DNA from: Chrysomallon squamiferum | Taxonomy: Eukaryota > Animalia > Mollusca | NCBI GenBank assembly: GCA_012295275.1 | Contig: CM022672.1 | Location: 2,542,001-2,606,000 of the forward strand | Direction: 5' to 3' | DNA length: 64,000 nucleotides | In this document: one piece after another, positions 1 to 11,110 of the stretch | Layout: each line of letters starts with the position of its first letter | Position numbering within the stretch: position 1 is the stretch's first letter | The notes under the pieces: generated by a model | The model's input: the letters and a program-made list of their open reading frames with translations, nothing else | The model's database searches: none | What the model was told of the DNA's origin: nothing | Program-made: the position numbers and the translations under genes

Positions 1-947
1 ATTTGATAATGTAATATCAGCTTTAACTGCATAATTGTTATTATCGTAATTTTATCTGCCGGACAGGATTGCATTAAGACAAAATAAGCCACGATTTAGC
101 ATGAAACTAGATCAGCCACTAACTTTATTTAGGCAAGCCTCTGGGTCAGTCATATGTTTGGAACTACAGAAGCCAGGTTGAGTTACATGCGATAAATAGT
201 TCCTGTTGAACGGGGTATCAAATTGTAGCCTAACGTCAACAAAAAAAAACATAACGTCTGGAATCAAAACGCTGTTTGTACATTATTACATTATCGCCAA
301 AAAGAGTCCATGTTAATGTTCAGTGTACAGGCCTTACAAGCTGGCGTTATTACTGGTTTGGACACGAAAATGCTGAGATATTTATTTTGCTTCTTTTATG
401 AGTCCATGTTAAACACGCTTTAACACGTGGTTAACATTATTAATTTTTGCTGATATAAATGACACCACATCTTCCGTCCGTATCAGGGAACACGGTGAGC
501 TAATAGTTTTGTTTCTTTCAGGAGATGCATGTCATTTGTAAGAGTTACGACAGTTTTCCTTTCCTAATATCTGAGAAATAGAAAACGTTTCTGTAGTTGT
601 AACAACACGTAAAGAAAGTAATAGCCACGAAGGATGTACAGGCAGAAATTCAGTGTTTATTTGAACAGGCCTGAAAAATAAATCTAAAAGAAGAGATCTG
701 GATAAAAGAATCTGAAAAATAAACTTAGACTAATGACTCTAAAGAATGAATCTTAAAGAACGGGTGTTTAGAAGAGTTTCAGCTAGACATCTGTATCTCT
801 AAATAAAGGAGGCTTTTATTGTACTAAAGTTGGATTTGTATTTCTTTGTAATCGAAACTGTTTATCGAGCATTACGGAAAGGCTGTTCACTGGTAGAAGA
901 TAAATAAGAAAATGAAAAACAAAGAAAAGGTACAGGAAATTGTGCTG

Positions 948-949
<2 letters not shown>

Positions 950-992
<43 letters not shown>
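950..992. repeat. (CA)n microsatellite
   Basis: Uninterrupted CA dinucleotide run visible in the sequence. Confidence 0.95.
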
Positions 993-993
<1 letters not shown>

Positions 994-1242
994 TCAGTCA
1001 TACAAGTAATACGTAGGACTATATATTTAGCATGTATTGTATGTGATGACGTTCGTCCTTTTTGTAATATTTAAACTAAATAAAAATTGTTGTTGTTCTA
1101 AAAATACTGGAAACAGGAAAAAAACATCTGATTCAAAACCGACCACACCTAAATGTATTTGAAGTGACATTTTGTCTGTGCTTTTAGTTTGAGTTTTAAA
1201 ATTGTCAACCATGTCTGCATTTGAGTGTCTGTGTGTACGTGT

Positions 1243-1276
1243 ACTTGTGTGCGTGCGCGCGCGCGCGTGTGTGTGC
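1243..1276. repeat. Alternating purine-pyrimidine tract (TG/CG)n, Z-DNA-prone
   Basis: tgtgtgcgtgcgcgcgcgcgcgtgtgtgtgc, with a (CG)n core inside TG repeats. Confidence 0.8.
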
Positions 1277-1543
1277 CTGACTGCATGCATATGCGACAAC
1301 TTTTCATTGACAATGTTACTTCGAACAACAACAACAACAAAAAAAACCCCACTATTTTGATAGGTTACACACAATAAAATGATTTCAAGTGCTCCACGCA
1401 GAAGCAGAAAGCATGTTGACGTGTGAACGACGAAGATCTTTTCACAACACAGACACGTAATTGTATATGCGTATAAACAACTGCGCTGGCCTTTACAAAT
1501 CTCGGTGTTTGAAGCTGGCTGTTTCGCTGCGAATACGGCTCAC

Positions 1544-1627
1544 CTACGTGCAGTAATCCATACGACGAACCACGCTGACCACGTCTCTCAAGTACACCCA
1601 GGTCGGCTCATATATCGAACACTGCAG
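1544..1627 (-). other. Candidate 84-nt exon, probably non-coding
   Basis: Minus strand: acceptor ctttcacttcag| and donor GTAG|GTGAGC flank a CpG-rich stretch. The only open frame ends in TAG exactly at the donor. Confidence 0.25.
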
Positions 1628-1947
1628 CTGAAGTGAAAGCTGTCATCGACCTCGGGGACTGACGTTGTGTTCGATATTTTGATTGGTTTCTCTGAACGCG
1701 ATAGCGGAGTTAAATTTGACACGTTGTGTTTGTTGTCTTCCTTCTCATTTATCTTCCCTGTTTGTGTGTGTGTGTGTGTGTGTCAGGGAAGTCGTGTAAA
1801 TTGTTTGTGTGTCTTTTGTACAGTGTTTTTATGTTTTTTTATCAGTGATTGTTAAATATTATTTATCTGACTTTCTGCGTTTTTCTCTGTCTATCATACT
1901 GTCTCGTCCTGTTTCTCTTTTTCTCATACATATAGAGCATACACAAA

Positions 1948-1975
1948 TACACACACACACACACATACACACACT

Positions 1976-2023
<48 letters not shown>

Positions 2024-2111
2024 CGCGCGTACATACATACATACAAAGCCTGACCCACAAACATACATAAAAAAAGTGCATACGTTGTACATACATACAT
2101 ACATACATACA
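1948..2111. repeat. Compound (CA)n / (TACA)n microsatellite region
   Basis: Long CA run followed by ATAC tetranucleotide repeats. Confidence 0.9.
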
Positions 2112-2569
2112 TAAACATATATGCATATAACAGAAAAACATACACCAGTTTTATTTAATAAGACGGAAAATAAATGCAGTATTAATTGTGATATACTAAT
2201 AAAATAAAATAACTGTACGTGTACGTTTCAAAGCATCACATACTCCTAACATCAAAGATATATCTTTTTTTTAAAATGATCGCACTTTACTTTTCTTTCT
2301 TTCTTTCTTTCTTTATTAATTTTTAAATCTCTCTCTTGGAACTTGTACAGTGTTTGATGTAATTAACTATGAAATCGATAGCTTTTCGGATAATCGGTAT
2401 TTTTATTGCTTCGATCAATGGCACCTCTGCCACTGTATAAATAAAAACAGAATGTGATCTATCTATAGATATTTTATTTCTGCTATTTCCTCTTATTAGG
2501 CTATGGTTTGCCTGGTTACCAGTATTTTGTTTTTCTCTCGTTGGTTTTATTATCTTTTTTTCTTTCTCT

Positions 2570-2605
<36 letters not shown>

Positions 2606-3780
2606 CTTTGTTTCTTTTTTTTTTTTTGTGGGATTGTTTTAGTTTTTCGTTTTGGTTTTCATTAGTTTTTTTTTTTTTTTTTTTTTAATTATCTTTGTTA
2701 ATTCTCTTCCTGTTTTTTCTTTTAATTAAGTTTTAAATTACGTTCTGAGACTGAATGGACTTTAGTATTTGGCAGGACAAAGAACAGCTTATGAGTCTGA
2801 TTTTCTTAAGAATACTTACACTGTAAAGCTACAGTTATCGTGTTTCAAGATGTAAAGGTTACACATTTCAAATAAAAACTCTTATAAGTGGTTTCCCTCT
2901 TCTGCCAGGTTTCCGGATACTTTGAGATGAGAAACCCAAATTTATAATCTAGAACGGAAAGACATAGTTTTACTCATAACAATCGATCATTCACTTACAT
3001 ACTATTACACAGAGTTCTAGATTGCTTTGTTCATTGTCGTAGGCAGAATCTGAACGTAATTTAGTGGTACTCTGCTTAATCGAGGTTCGGCAGGTCGTCA
3101 GTTCTATCTTTTTATGTGGAGACATTATTTATTTAGAGACCCTCTCTCAATATACAAGAGAAATACGTACAAATATAAACACTTATGTAAAACTGATTCA
3201 TTATTATTTTGAATTTGTCTCTGTGCCAATTACTCATATTCTAAATGAATTAAAAAAAACATAAAAAATCCACTGGGATATGCAAATCGGTGGAAGAAGA
3301 TATTTTGCTTGGAGCAATATTCAAATTCAGTACTAACTCATTTAACTCGGCTACAGCATTAGCCGAAACGACACAGAAGGTCAATCATTATAGTGGGTTT
3401 TTTTTCGATCATTATCGTTTTTCTTTCTTCCCCCACTCGCCCCCAGTAGTATTCATCATTTGACAATAAGACTAACTGCAAGAAGTCACTAAAACGTTTT
3501 AATCTTTTAAGATTACTATAACAATTTAGATTTCAGAGTAAGGTTATTTATGATAGTTGTGAGTGTGAAAACGTCTTATAACACGGCAAGTAAACACAAT
3601 TTATGAAGAGTTTAAGTGTGATAGCTTTTATGTTTGACTTTAATGTATCAAACTGCGGTTGACCTTTACATGCTTTACAAGATCCGCTTCCCAAATTTTA
3701 ATGTGAGCAAGGGTTTCGAGTTTCTTCCTGTATTCTTTTCTCAAACTTTTATTTTAGCCGATAAATATAATAAAACTCCG

Positions 3781-3782
<2 letters not shown>

Positions 3783-3858
<76 letters not shown>
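3783..3858. repeat. (TC)n microsatellite
   Basis: Perfect TC run. Confidence 0.95.
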
Positions 3859-3862
<4 letters not shown>

Positions 3863-4281
3863 TCTTTCTTTTTCACACACTTTTTTCTTCTTTGTATATA
3901 TGTATGTACGTACGTATTACGTACTTATTACCTATGTATGTATATTTATAGTTGTACATTATCAATATATATTTTTAATATTTTAACTTTCCAACATAAC
4001 ATTATACACCCTTCTTCATGATACCGCTATGAGCAATCCACAGCCCTTAAACCGGATGACATAATCGCTGACGTTATCATCATCGTCCTTGTCCCACCTA
4101 CCCCTGGTTGGGTAGGATGACCCAGACACTGTTTCTGATTACCAAGCTCTTCCTTCAGGTGACCGATTACACATTCACGAGTGCCTCGAGTGTCCGTCTG
4201 AACTTCGGCATCGAGGTCACCCAACTCGACAGGACACAACAAGAGCCTTTTTCATCATCATCTCACCACACGATCTGACGA

Positions 4282-4313
4282 TTACGTCATCCGATAGTTA
4301 CGTCATCAGATAG
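4282..4313. promoter_or_regulatory. 16-bp tandem duplication carrying two TTACGTCA (ATF/CREB-type bZIP) sites
   Basis: TTACGTCATCCGATAG TTACGTCATCAGATAG (one mismatch), within the CpG-rich island at 4030-4370. Confidence 0.5.
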
Positions 4314-5311
4314 TTTCGCGTAGCTGGAGCGAGTGATCTGTGTGCGTAGACCAAGTATTGAAACTCAAAACTGGTGAAGTTTTTCATTTTATTTGTAATG
4401 GTTATTTAATTTTGTTAGAGATTTCACTGACAAAAATATATTGGTGTACTGGGACTGAAGGGAATACAGACATTTTGAAATGAAAGTCATAGGTAGTCGA
4501 AAACAGAGAAACAGAGTAATAATGAATAGATATATTTAGTAACAAGTCTGTAATTACAGTTTAATATCAATAGCTGTTAAATGTCACGCATAATGGTTTT
4601 ATATAATGATGTTACGAATGAAGAATAAGTCTACTGTCCTTGTCAGTTAGCAAAAATGAATCTTTCAAGTTTTCCTTCCTGTAGCATTACGGCCTTTGAT
4701 AGACAAATCATAAAATATTGGCTGAACAGGGAAATAGTATCATGCAAATCAAGAACCGGTCATACATCTATCTACAAGTAAAAGCATTTCAAAATAACTA
4801 AATATGTACAACTAAACCGAGACTGAATGTGTAATAGAAAACTATAATAAGTGGAACAAAAACACCTACAACCAACTGAAAATCAGAAGGAAATGCAAAC
4901 AAATGGATGAAAAAATGAATGAGACAGATACCCATTAGGTTGACAGCAGCAGTGATACTAGTGTTTTGTTGGTACAACACGTGGAATGTCTGTTATTGTT
5001 TTGTTGTTTTTTCTGGTAAATTGATGGCGAGAGAATCACAGATGAACGCGAGGTGGCTCTAACGAGCAGAGCTTTGTATCAAAGGTGTGAAAAACAATCA
5101 TGCGTCGCTAATTTCACACTGGAACACTGTGTGTGTTCCACGTCGAAATATCACTGTGATGAGGAACATGTGTGATATTTCAACACAGTTTTCTGTTTCA
5201 CAAATAATTGGGTGTAGTCAGATAGAAAATTGCCTGAGTCAGCGCTTGATTTTACTCTATTTGCCAAATATGTGTTTGTGCGTATATATATATATATATA
5301 CATATACACAC

Positions 5312-5351
<40 letters not shown>

Positions 5352-5425
5352 ATATGTATGTATTATGTACATGGGTATGCATATGTTCGTATGTATATAT
5401 GCATCAGTGAGACAAACTATTTATA

Positions 5426-5462
<37 letters not shown>

Positions 5463-8309
5463 TATAGCAGCGAATGGAGAAATGATTATTATAAAGAATT
5501 TAAATGCAACAAGCCATGCAGTGTATAATCTCGCACAGTGTTAAAATGAAATATCAGGAGGACCTGTTGTCAAAAATTCATTAACTTTATAAAAATAATT
5601 TTTCACAGAACAAAATTTTTTAATTTTCTTTTCAAAACTCTGAGAACCTGCTTTGAAAATTCCACAGTAGTCGTTTTGCGTTGTTAAAACTAGAATTCAA
5701 AAGAACACCAATTTTTCTGTAAGTAACAGATCGTAACATTTTTTTCATGGATAAAATATAGACAACAAAATTATATCTGTTTTATAATGGTTTTGTGAAC
5801 CGGTCAGTCAAGAAATAAGTCACCTAACATAGAAAATAACTTATGAAATGTTCAATGATCTAACCATCCCAGTAATAAACAAACCATACAATGTATCCTA
5901 ACCTCCCTGCCAATCAGGCAACCATCCCACCTGCAAAAAGATTCACCTACAAACAACCAAACAACCAGCAATCCTGGTAATGGTCTAATAGGCAATGTAA
6001 ATAAATATTCAATTCTTACAGATAAATGGCTTACTAATAAACTTACTTAATAATTAACCAACTATCAAAGTAAACGGTTCAATATGTTATTTCCTTACAT
6101 TTTTATTATTAATCTATTGCTCGTATAACTGTAAGTTTAACATGTTAAAAGTAATTTATTAAAGGAAAGTTTCCTGTTTGGTTATCGTTATTTTCTCGAG
6201 ATGACTGATTAAATTGTGGTGAATCTTAAATAAAAAGATCACTGGAACAGAGTACCTAAGAATTTTAAATACTAAAATATAAAGAAATTTTTGGTTGAGT
6301 ACTGTCCCCAGACCTAAAATCAAAGACCGAAAAAGAAATAACAAACACTTCAACAGGATGATAATTTTAAAATATAAGACTACGTTTTTGTACAACTGAA
6401 ATTAAAAATATCATGTTGCTAGCAATGATTCGTATTAGTGAGTCATTCACAGAAATCGGACGATATTAAAAAGAAAGAATTAAAAACAAAAATAAGAAAA
6501 AAAGAGAGAAAAAAAAAACCAACTATTTCCTGTTTACACCGAACAATTTAGCTTGCTTTAATTAAATGTAAGCTGCTTATTGGTTTTAGTTTCCTAAATC
6601 AGCTGAAGATCTACAGTTTATGGGGAAAAAAATCTCGTGAATCCTTTCTTCATAACGAAAAGCTAACTTGTTAATGAAAACAAAGTGTTGCTATAACACA
6701 TTGCTGTTTAATTATTCTAGGTCTGTTATTTTTAACCTCATGTTATTCCAGAGTCAAATTTCAAATAATATTTAAGGATGGGTCCCAGAAGTTTCATGTT
6801 ATTCTATGGCAGAAGACGATGAATTATGTAATGTAGTTATAATACGTTATAAATGTGTATATTTTACGTTACACTTTGCTCTTATAGTCGAAACTGTACT
6901 ACGACCATGTTGAGAATCACTGTTCTAAATGACCATGAAATAACATTTGTATCCTTATGATCATGATGTGATCATTAAGAGATCAGTCAAATATTCTTTC
7001 ACAGAATGTTCAAATATCATCTACAAACTTTCATAACCAATTACCATTGTTTTTATTTCGTTTTATCTAACTGAGCCGTACTACCTATGACGTTAATACC
7101 ATCAGATATCTGATGTTGACGTCATTATATTTTGACTAAATACATTGTTAGTTATATAAGTCTGTATGTTAAAAAGATGTATTTACACTTGATTCAGAGT
7201 TACTGGCTACGATCTGTCGGCGTCGTTTATTAATACTGAACCAGTTCTTACCAAACTCTGGTAGTCAGAGAAATCTTGTATAAGAACTGTCATTTCTTGA
7301 AAGCTGTAAACATCTTAGACTGGTTTAACACTGAGAACAAATACTTTAAAACTTTTGATAAGCCAGATTTTGAGCTTAATAGGCTTGACTCTGACATTGT
7401 TCACAAAACAGTGTGGGGGAATTTTACCTTTTTTTTCAGTTAGACAAGTGCTAAAGTACGGTTATAATGGGATCCTATCAAGTTCATTGCCTTATTTTGA
7501 AGTATTGCATCTTATCTGGGCAAATCGAAAATCGTTATATTAATTACCCATCTCTTCAATCACCTCTGGCCAAAAACCTACGTAAAAAAAAAAACAAAAA
7601 AAAACATTCAGCTTTAAGAAGACTCTGCTGATGATTTAATCAGTTCAGCAGAGGGTGAAAAAAAAAAATCACGTCTTTCAGCTGTTTCTCTAATTATACC
7701 ATCCCGAACTTTTCAAAAACGCCAAGTCTCCGATTCTCGATTACTTCCTTGAGGATCGTTAGAAGTTAGATAATGTGTTAGATAACAAGACACTTGTTGT
7801 GCAAGGCTGTGAGTGTGATCAAGGCATAGCTCACTAATGAGCTGAGACTTAAGGAGAAGATTTGCGGAGAGGGGGCGTTCTCTTCCCCTCGGAGCGGTGT
7901 CTGGGATACGCCAGATTAACTGACAGCGATTTTGTCTTTCGCGGCCTTGATCAGCAAGACTTTGAGAAGAGTTGTTGCGTCATGGTTAGAACGGGATGTA
8001 CGGTTACAGGACGCCTGCAGTGCGAGTGATAGATGTTTAGAGGATAGCGTGAAGTTACAGCAATTAACACCTGATACTGAGAGAATTTATAATCACTGCA
8101 AAGTTAGTTACAACTACTGTTTGTAGTTAGAACAAAAATGGGAATGGCTGACTAAATTATCGTTAATGAACATTTAAAATAATTTCAATGATGATGATGA
8201 TGATGATAATAAAGGCTATTATTTTAATTTCTGTTCATTTTGCATGTTCTAAAGCTGAAAAATATGATTAAAAATATGTATATTCATTCTATTTATAACA
8301 AAACACACG

Positions 8310-8345
<36 letters not shown>

Positions 8346-8939
8346 GAACCTCAAATGATAATTACACACGAGATTTAAATAGTTTCTCACAATTTCATCA
8401 TTGTATTCGAATTGTTACGCAATTCCCGAGCCTTAAATATATAATATACCTTTATCTTTTCTTTTTTTTAAATTGTTTGATCGAGTGTACGTGGTATTAC
8501 CAGCCGTTCAGTGTTAACAGTCAGTATCAAATATCGCTCAAATTGCAGCATTTGTGAAACAAGAAGCCGCCATCATGCTAAACACCTACAGCAGCTGCCG
8601 AGGTTCAAGATCATTCGATCGACACCAAGTACACAAGAACTGCTCGGAGGGAGTGACTGTCTGGGCTAATGTAAAATACTGTACCTGTGTGCAAAGTTGC
8701 TGAAACCTTGGAAGAATCTAGTAAACTTGTGGCCGCAGGCTGTAGTTAGCAGAAGGAAACCACTACAGTTCGTCATGATGTATTCAAGGTCATAAATAAA
8801 AAAAAAAAAGAAAAAAAAAAAAGAAACCACGAAGAACGTAGCGGGTGTTAGTGGAATCATAACGATCAATATGTTCGATGGTATATTTAGATTTAGTGTA
8901 CATAACCAACCATGTTCGATTTAAATTAACATTAAGCAT

Positions 8940-8940
<1 letters not shown>

Positions 8941-9027
<87 letters not shown>
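8941..9027. repeat. (TC)n microsatellite
   Basis: Perfect TC run. Confidence 0.95.
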
Positions 9028-9030
<3 letters not shown>

Positions 9031-9558
9031 CATATTGTCTTCATATTACACATTTACACGTTTAGTTCTTTCTCTCTCTGTTTTCTTTCTGTCTCACACG
9101 CACACACACGCAGGCACATAAGCACGTTAATGTACAATAGCAAACCTCCGATTCAATTTTATTACGACGAGAAAAGATATCAGTCTCTACCATCTGTTAC
9201 TCCTATCATAATTTTTTTATGTGTTTCGAACGACAGGTTATCAATATGAATAATTATGTTTCATCCTGCTGATATAACATCTCTGCAACAGCAATTTATC
9301 GTTAATCGGTTGGTTTCTTTGGGGGAAGCACAGATGCACTTTATGGCCATTACTGGGGGTTACTCCGAAAACAGTCTGGATTTTAGCAGACTCCGAGGAA
9401 ATGTTTTGTTAGTTCTGGTGAGAAAACAAAATACAAATTTCTGTAAGTGAACACGCACTAACGTTCAGTGAAGCTGCGGCTGAGCCATAACGGTTAAGAT
9501 TGATTGTTTTAAAGATTCTCCTAGGGTCTCACCACATCTATATGTGGCCCACACTCAC

Positions 9559-9615
9559 TGTAATGAGAAATCGAGGACGAACGCACCGAAGGAAGCGGAA
9601 CCTGTGAGCCATCAT
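9559..9615 (-). CDS. Candidate first coding exon, MMAHRFRFLRCVRPRFLIT| (phase 0)
   Basis: ATGATG start, 19 open codons running into an ACA|GTGAGT donor, inside a CpG-rich island. The Arg-rich then hydrophobic peptide resembles a type II membrane protein tail or a targeting peptide. No homolog recognised. Confidence 0.25.
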
Positions 9616-9775
9616 ATCTCAGATTAGCGCAACAGTTTGTTATTACTGTCTTTTCGCTGTAAACGAAGTCTGCTCGACATTTGTGCTCTATGATGGAACA
9701 GGCGGTTTGATGACGTAAGCGGCATGTTACCGCTGATTCTTGAACAAACTCTGTGTAACTCATGTTAAAAGTTGA

Positions 9776-9793
9776 TGACCTCGAGGCAGGTCA
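9776..9793. promoter_or_regulatory. Perfect everted-repeat nuclear receptor element (TGACCT-n6-AGGTCA, ER6)
   Basis: TGACCT cgaggc AGGTCA: both half-sites match the AGGTCA consensus exactly. Confidence 0.5.
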
Positions 9794-10853
9794 TTGTCTC
9801 AACATGTCAGTGACCAAACGTATCTGTTCAAAATAAAGTATTATGACATTTGAAACATTAAATAAACAAATAAACTAGAAAAAAAACCCCAACAACATCA
9901 AAACAGAACTAACAAACATGTAAAACATAAAACGAAACATGGATGTGCTAAATCTAAACTAGCAAAACAAACGTAATTATTAAAGATACAAATTAGAGAA
10001 AAATATCAACCAGCAGCGAGTAAAAGTAAAACGTTAATTCTTGTCAGATACGTTGATGGTTTAATCAGCCTGAAGCTAGTCTCTGCCAGTCCGTTTCTGT
10101 TCTTTTATATCTGGGGAAATTACAGCTTCCTTTTGATCTGTCATGCATGAAATATCAGAGACCAAACATGGCAAATTACTTAAAAGGAGATTTCGATGTC
10201 GATGTCCTTATCAAATTAACAGTAATTTCATTAAAAATATTGAATTACTGAAGGGAAAAGAGAATGAAGAAGCTGACAATGACGTATACTACTACTACCA
10301 CCACGACGAAGACGACAACAGCGACGAATAAAAAGAAGAAGAAGAAAGGAAGAGAAATGTAGGGAGCTGATTATGATGATGGTTATGATTCTGATAATTA
10401 ATAATTATAGTTATATAACGATGATTTGTTAAAACAAAACAAACAACAACGTGGCAATACATATTATTGCTTCTTTTCTTTTACAAAGTATAAATAAATA
10501 AATACTGCTGATAATAAATAAATAAATAAATATCAGTTCATCTTTTTCAAACACAAATCCTTCAAGATTACTGAAGTATCGAAACCCCACGAAGAAGGCG
10601 GAAAGCGGGTCAGTAATTGAAGGACTTCAGTACTCATCGGACAAAAACTATAAAAAAAAAAAAAGAAGAGACTGCTATCACTGTCATCATGCCATGCATA
10701 ATACGTACTGTAACTATAGTAAAATGTATCGAGATGACATCTCAGAATGGGGTTAATTGTCCTTGTTCTTTGAACTTTCAACACTAATATGTCATGTGAC
10801 GGACAATCAAGTACAGTCGAGCACAAATCTCCTGCTGAATTTCCTTTATTATT

Positions 10854-10940
10854 GCGCGCAATTAAGTGTAGCGTCGCGCAATTAAGTGTAGCGTCGCGCA
10901 ATTAAGTGTAGCGTCGCGCAATTAAGTGTAGCGTCGCGCA
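10854..10940. repeat. Perfect 20-bp tandem repeat x4 (ATTAAGTGTAGCGTCGCGCA)
   Basis: Four identical units at 10861-10940, preceded by a partial unit ending CGCGCA. Confidence 0.95.
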
Positions 10941-11039
10941 GTTATACTCAGGGTTACGTTGTCAGAGTGGATCTTTAAATCGTCAAGGCTCGACGAAACT
11001 GACTCATTCACCAAACGTCTTTCAACAGCATCATCCAAT

Positions 11040-11110
11040 TAAATCGAGACGACGAAAATCAAATGCGCATGACAATAGACGTATACTTCCGGTTGTTTCG
11101 ACAAATTAAC
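11040..11110. promoter_or_regulatory. Promoter-like element with an ETS site (ACTTCCGGT) and an NRF1-like site (TGCGCATG)
   Basis: ACTTCCGGT at 11085-11093 and TGCGCATG at 11064-11071 in a CpG-dense patch, followed by an A-rich tract. Confidence 0.4.

Noticed and set aside
522-537. 16-nt plus-strand microexon (ttctttcag|GAGATGCATGTCATTT|gtaaga)
   Set aside because: It is not frame-preserving, the donor context is weak, and there are no linked exons.
5156-5238. C/D box snoRNA (GTGATGA...CTGA about 80 nt apart); similar pair at 1043-1131
   Set aside because: Terminal stems are only about 2 bp and I recognise no rRNA-complementary guide. Such box pairs are expected by chance.
7623-7653. Hammerhead ribozyme or pre-miRNA at CTCTGCTGATGATTTAATCAGTTCAGCAGAG
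   Set aside because: CTGATGA is buried in a short 31-nt palindrome without a correctly placed GAAA or stems II/III, and the hairpin is too short for a pre-miRNA.
10861-10940. CRISPR-like array
   Set aside because: Head-to-tail identical units with no spacers, no cas genes, and a eukaryotic context.
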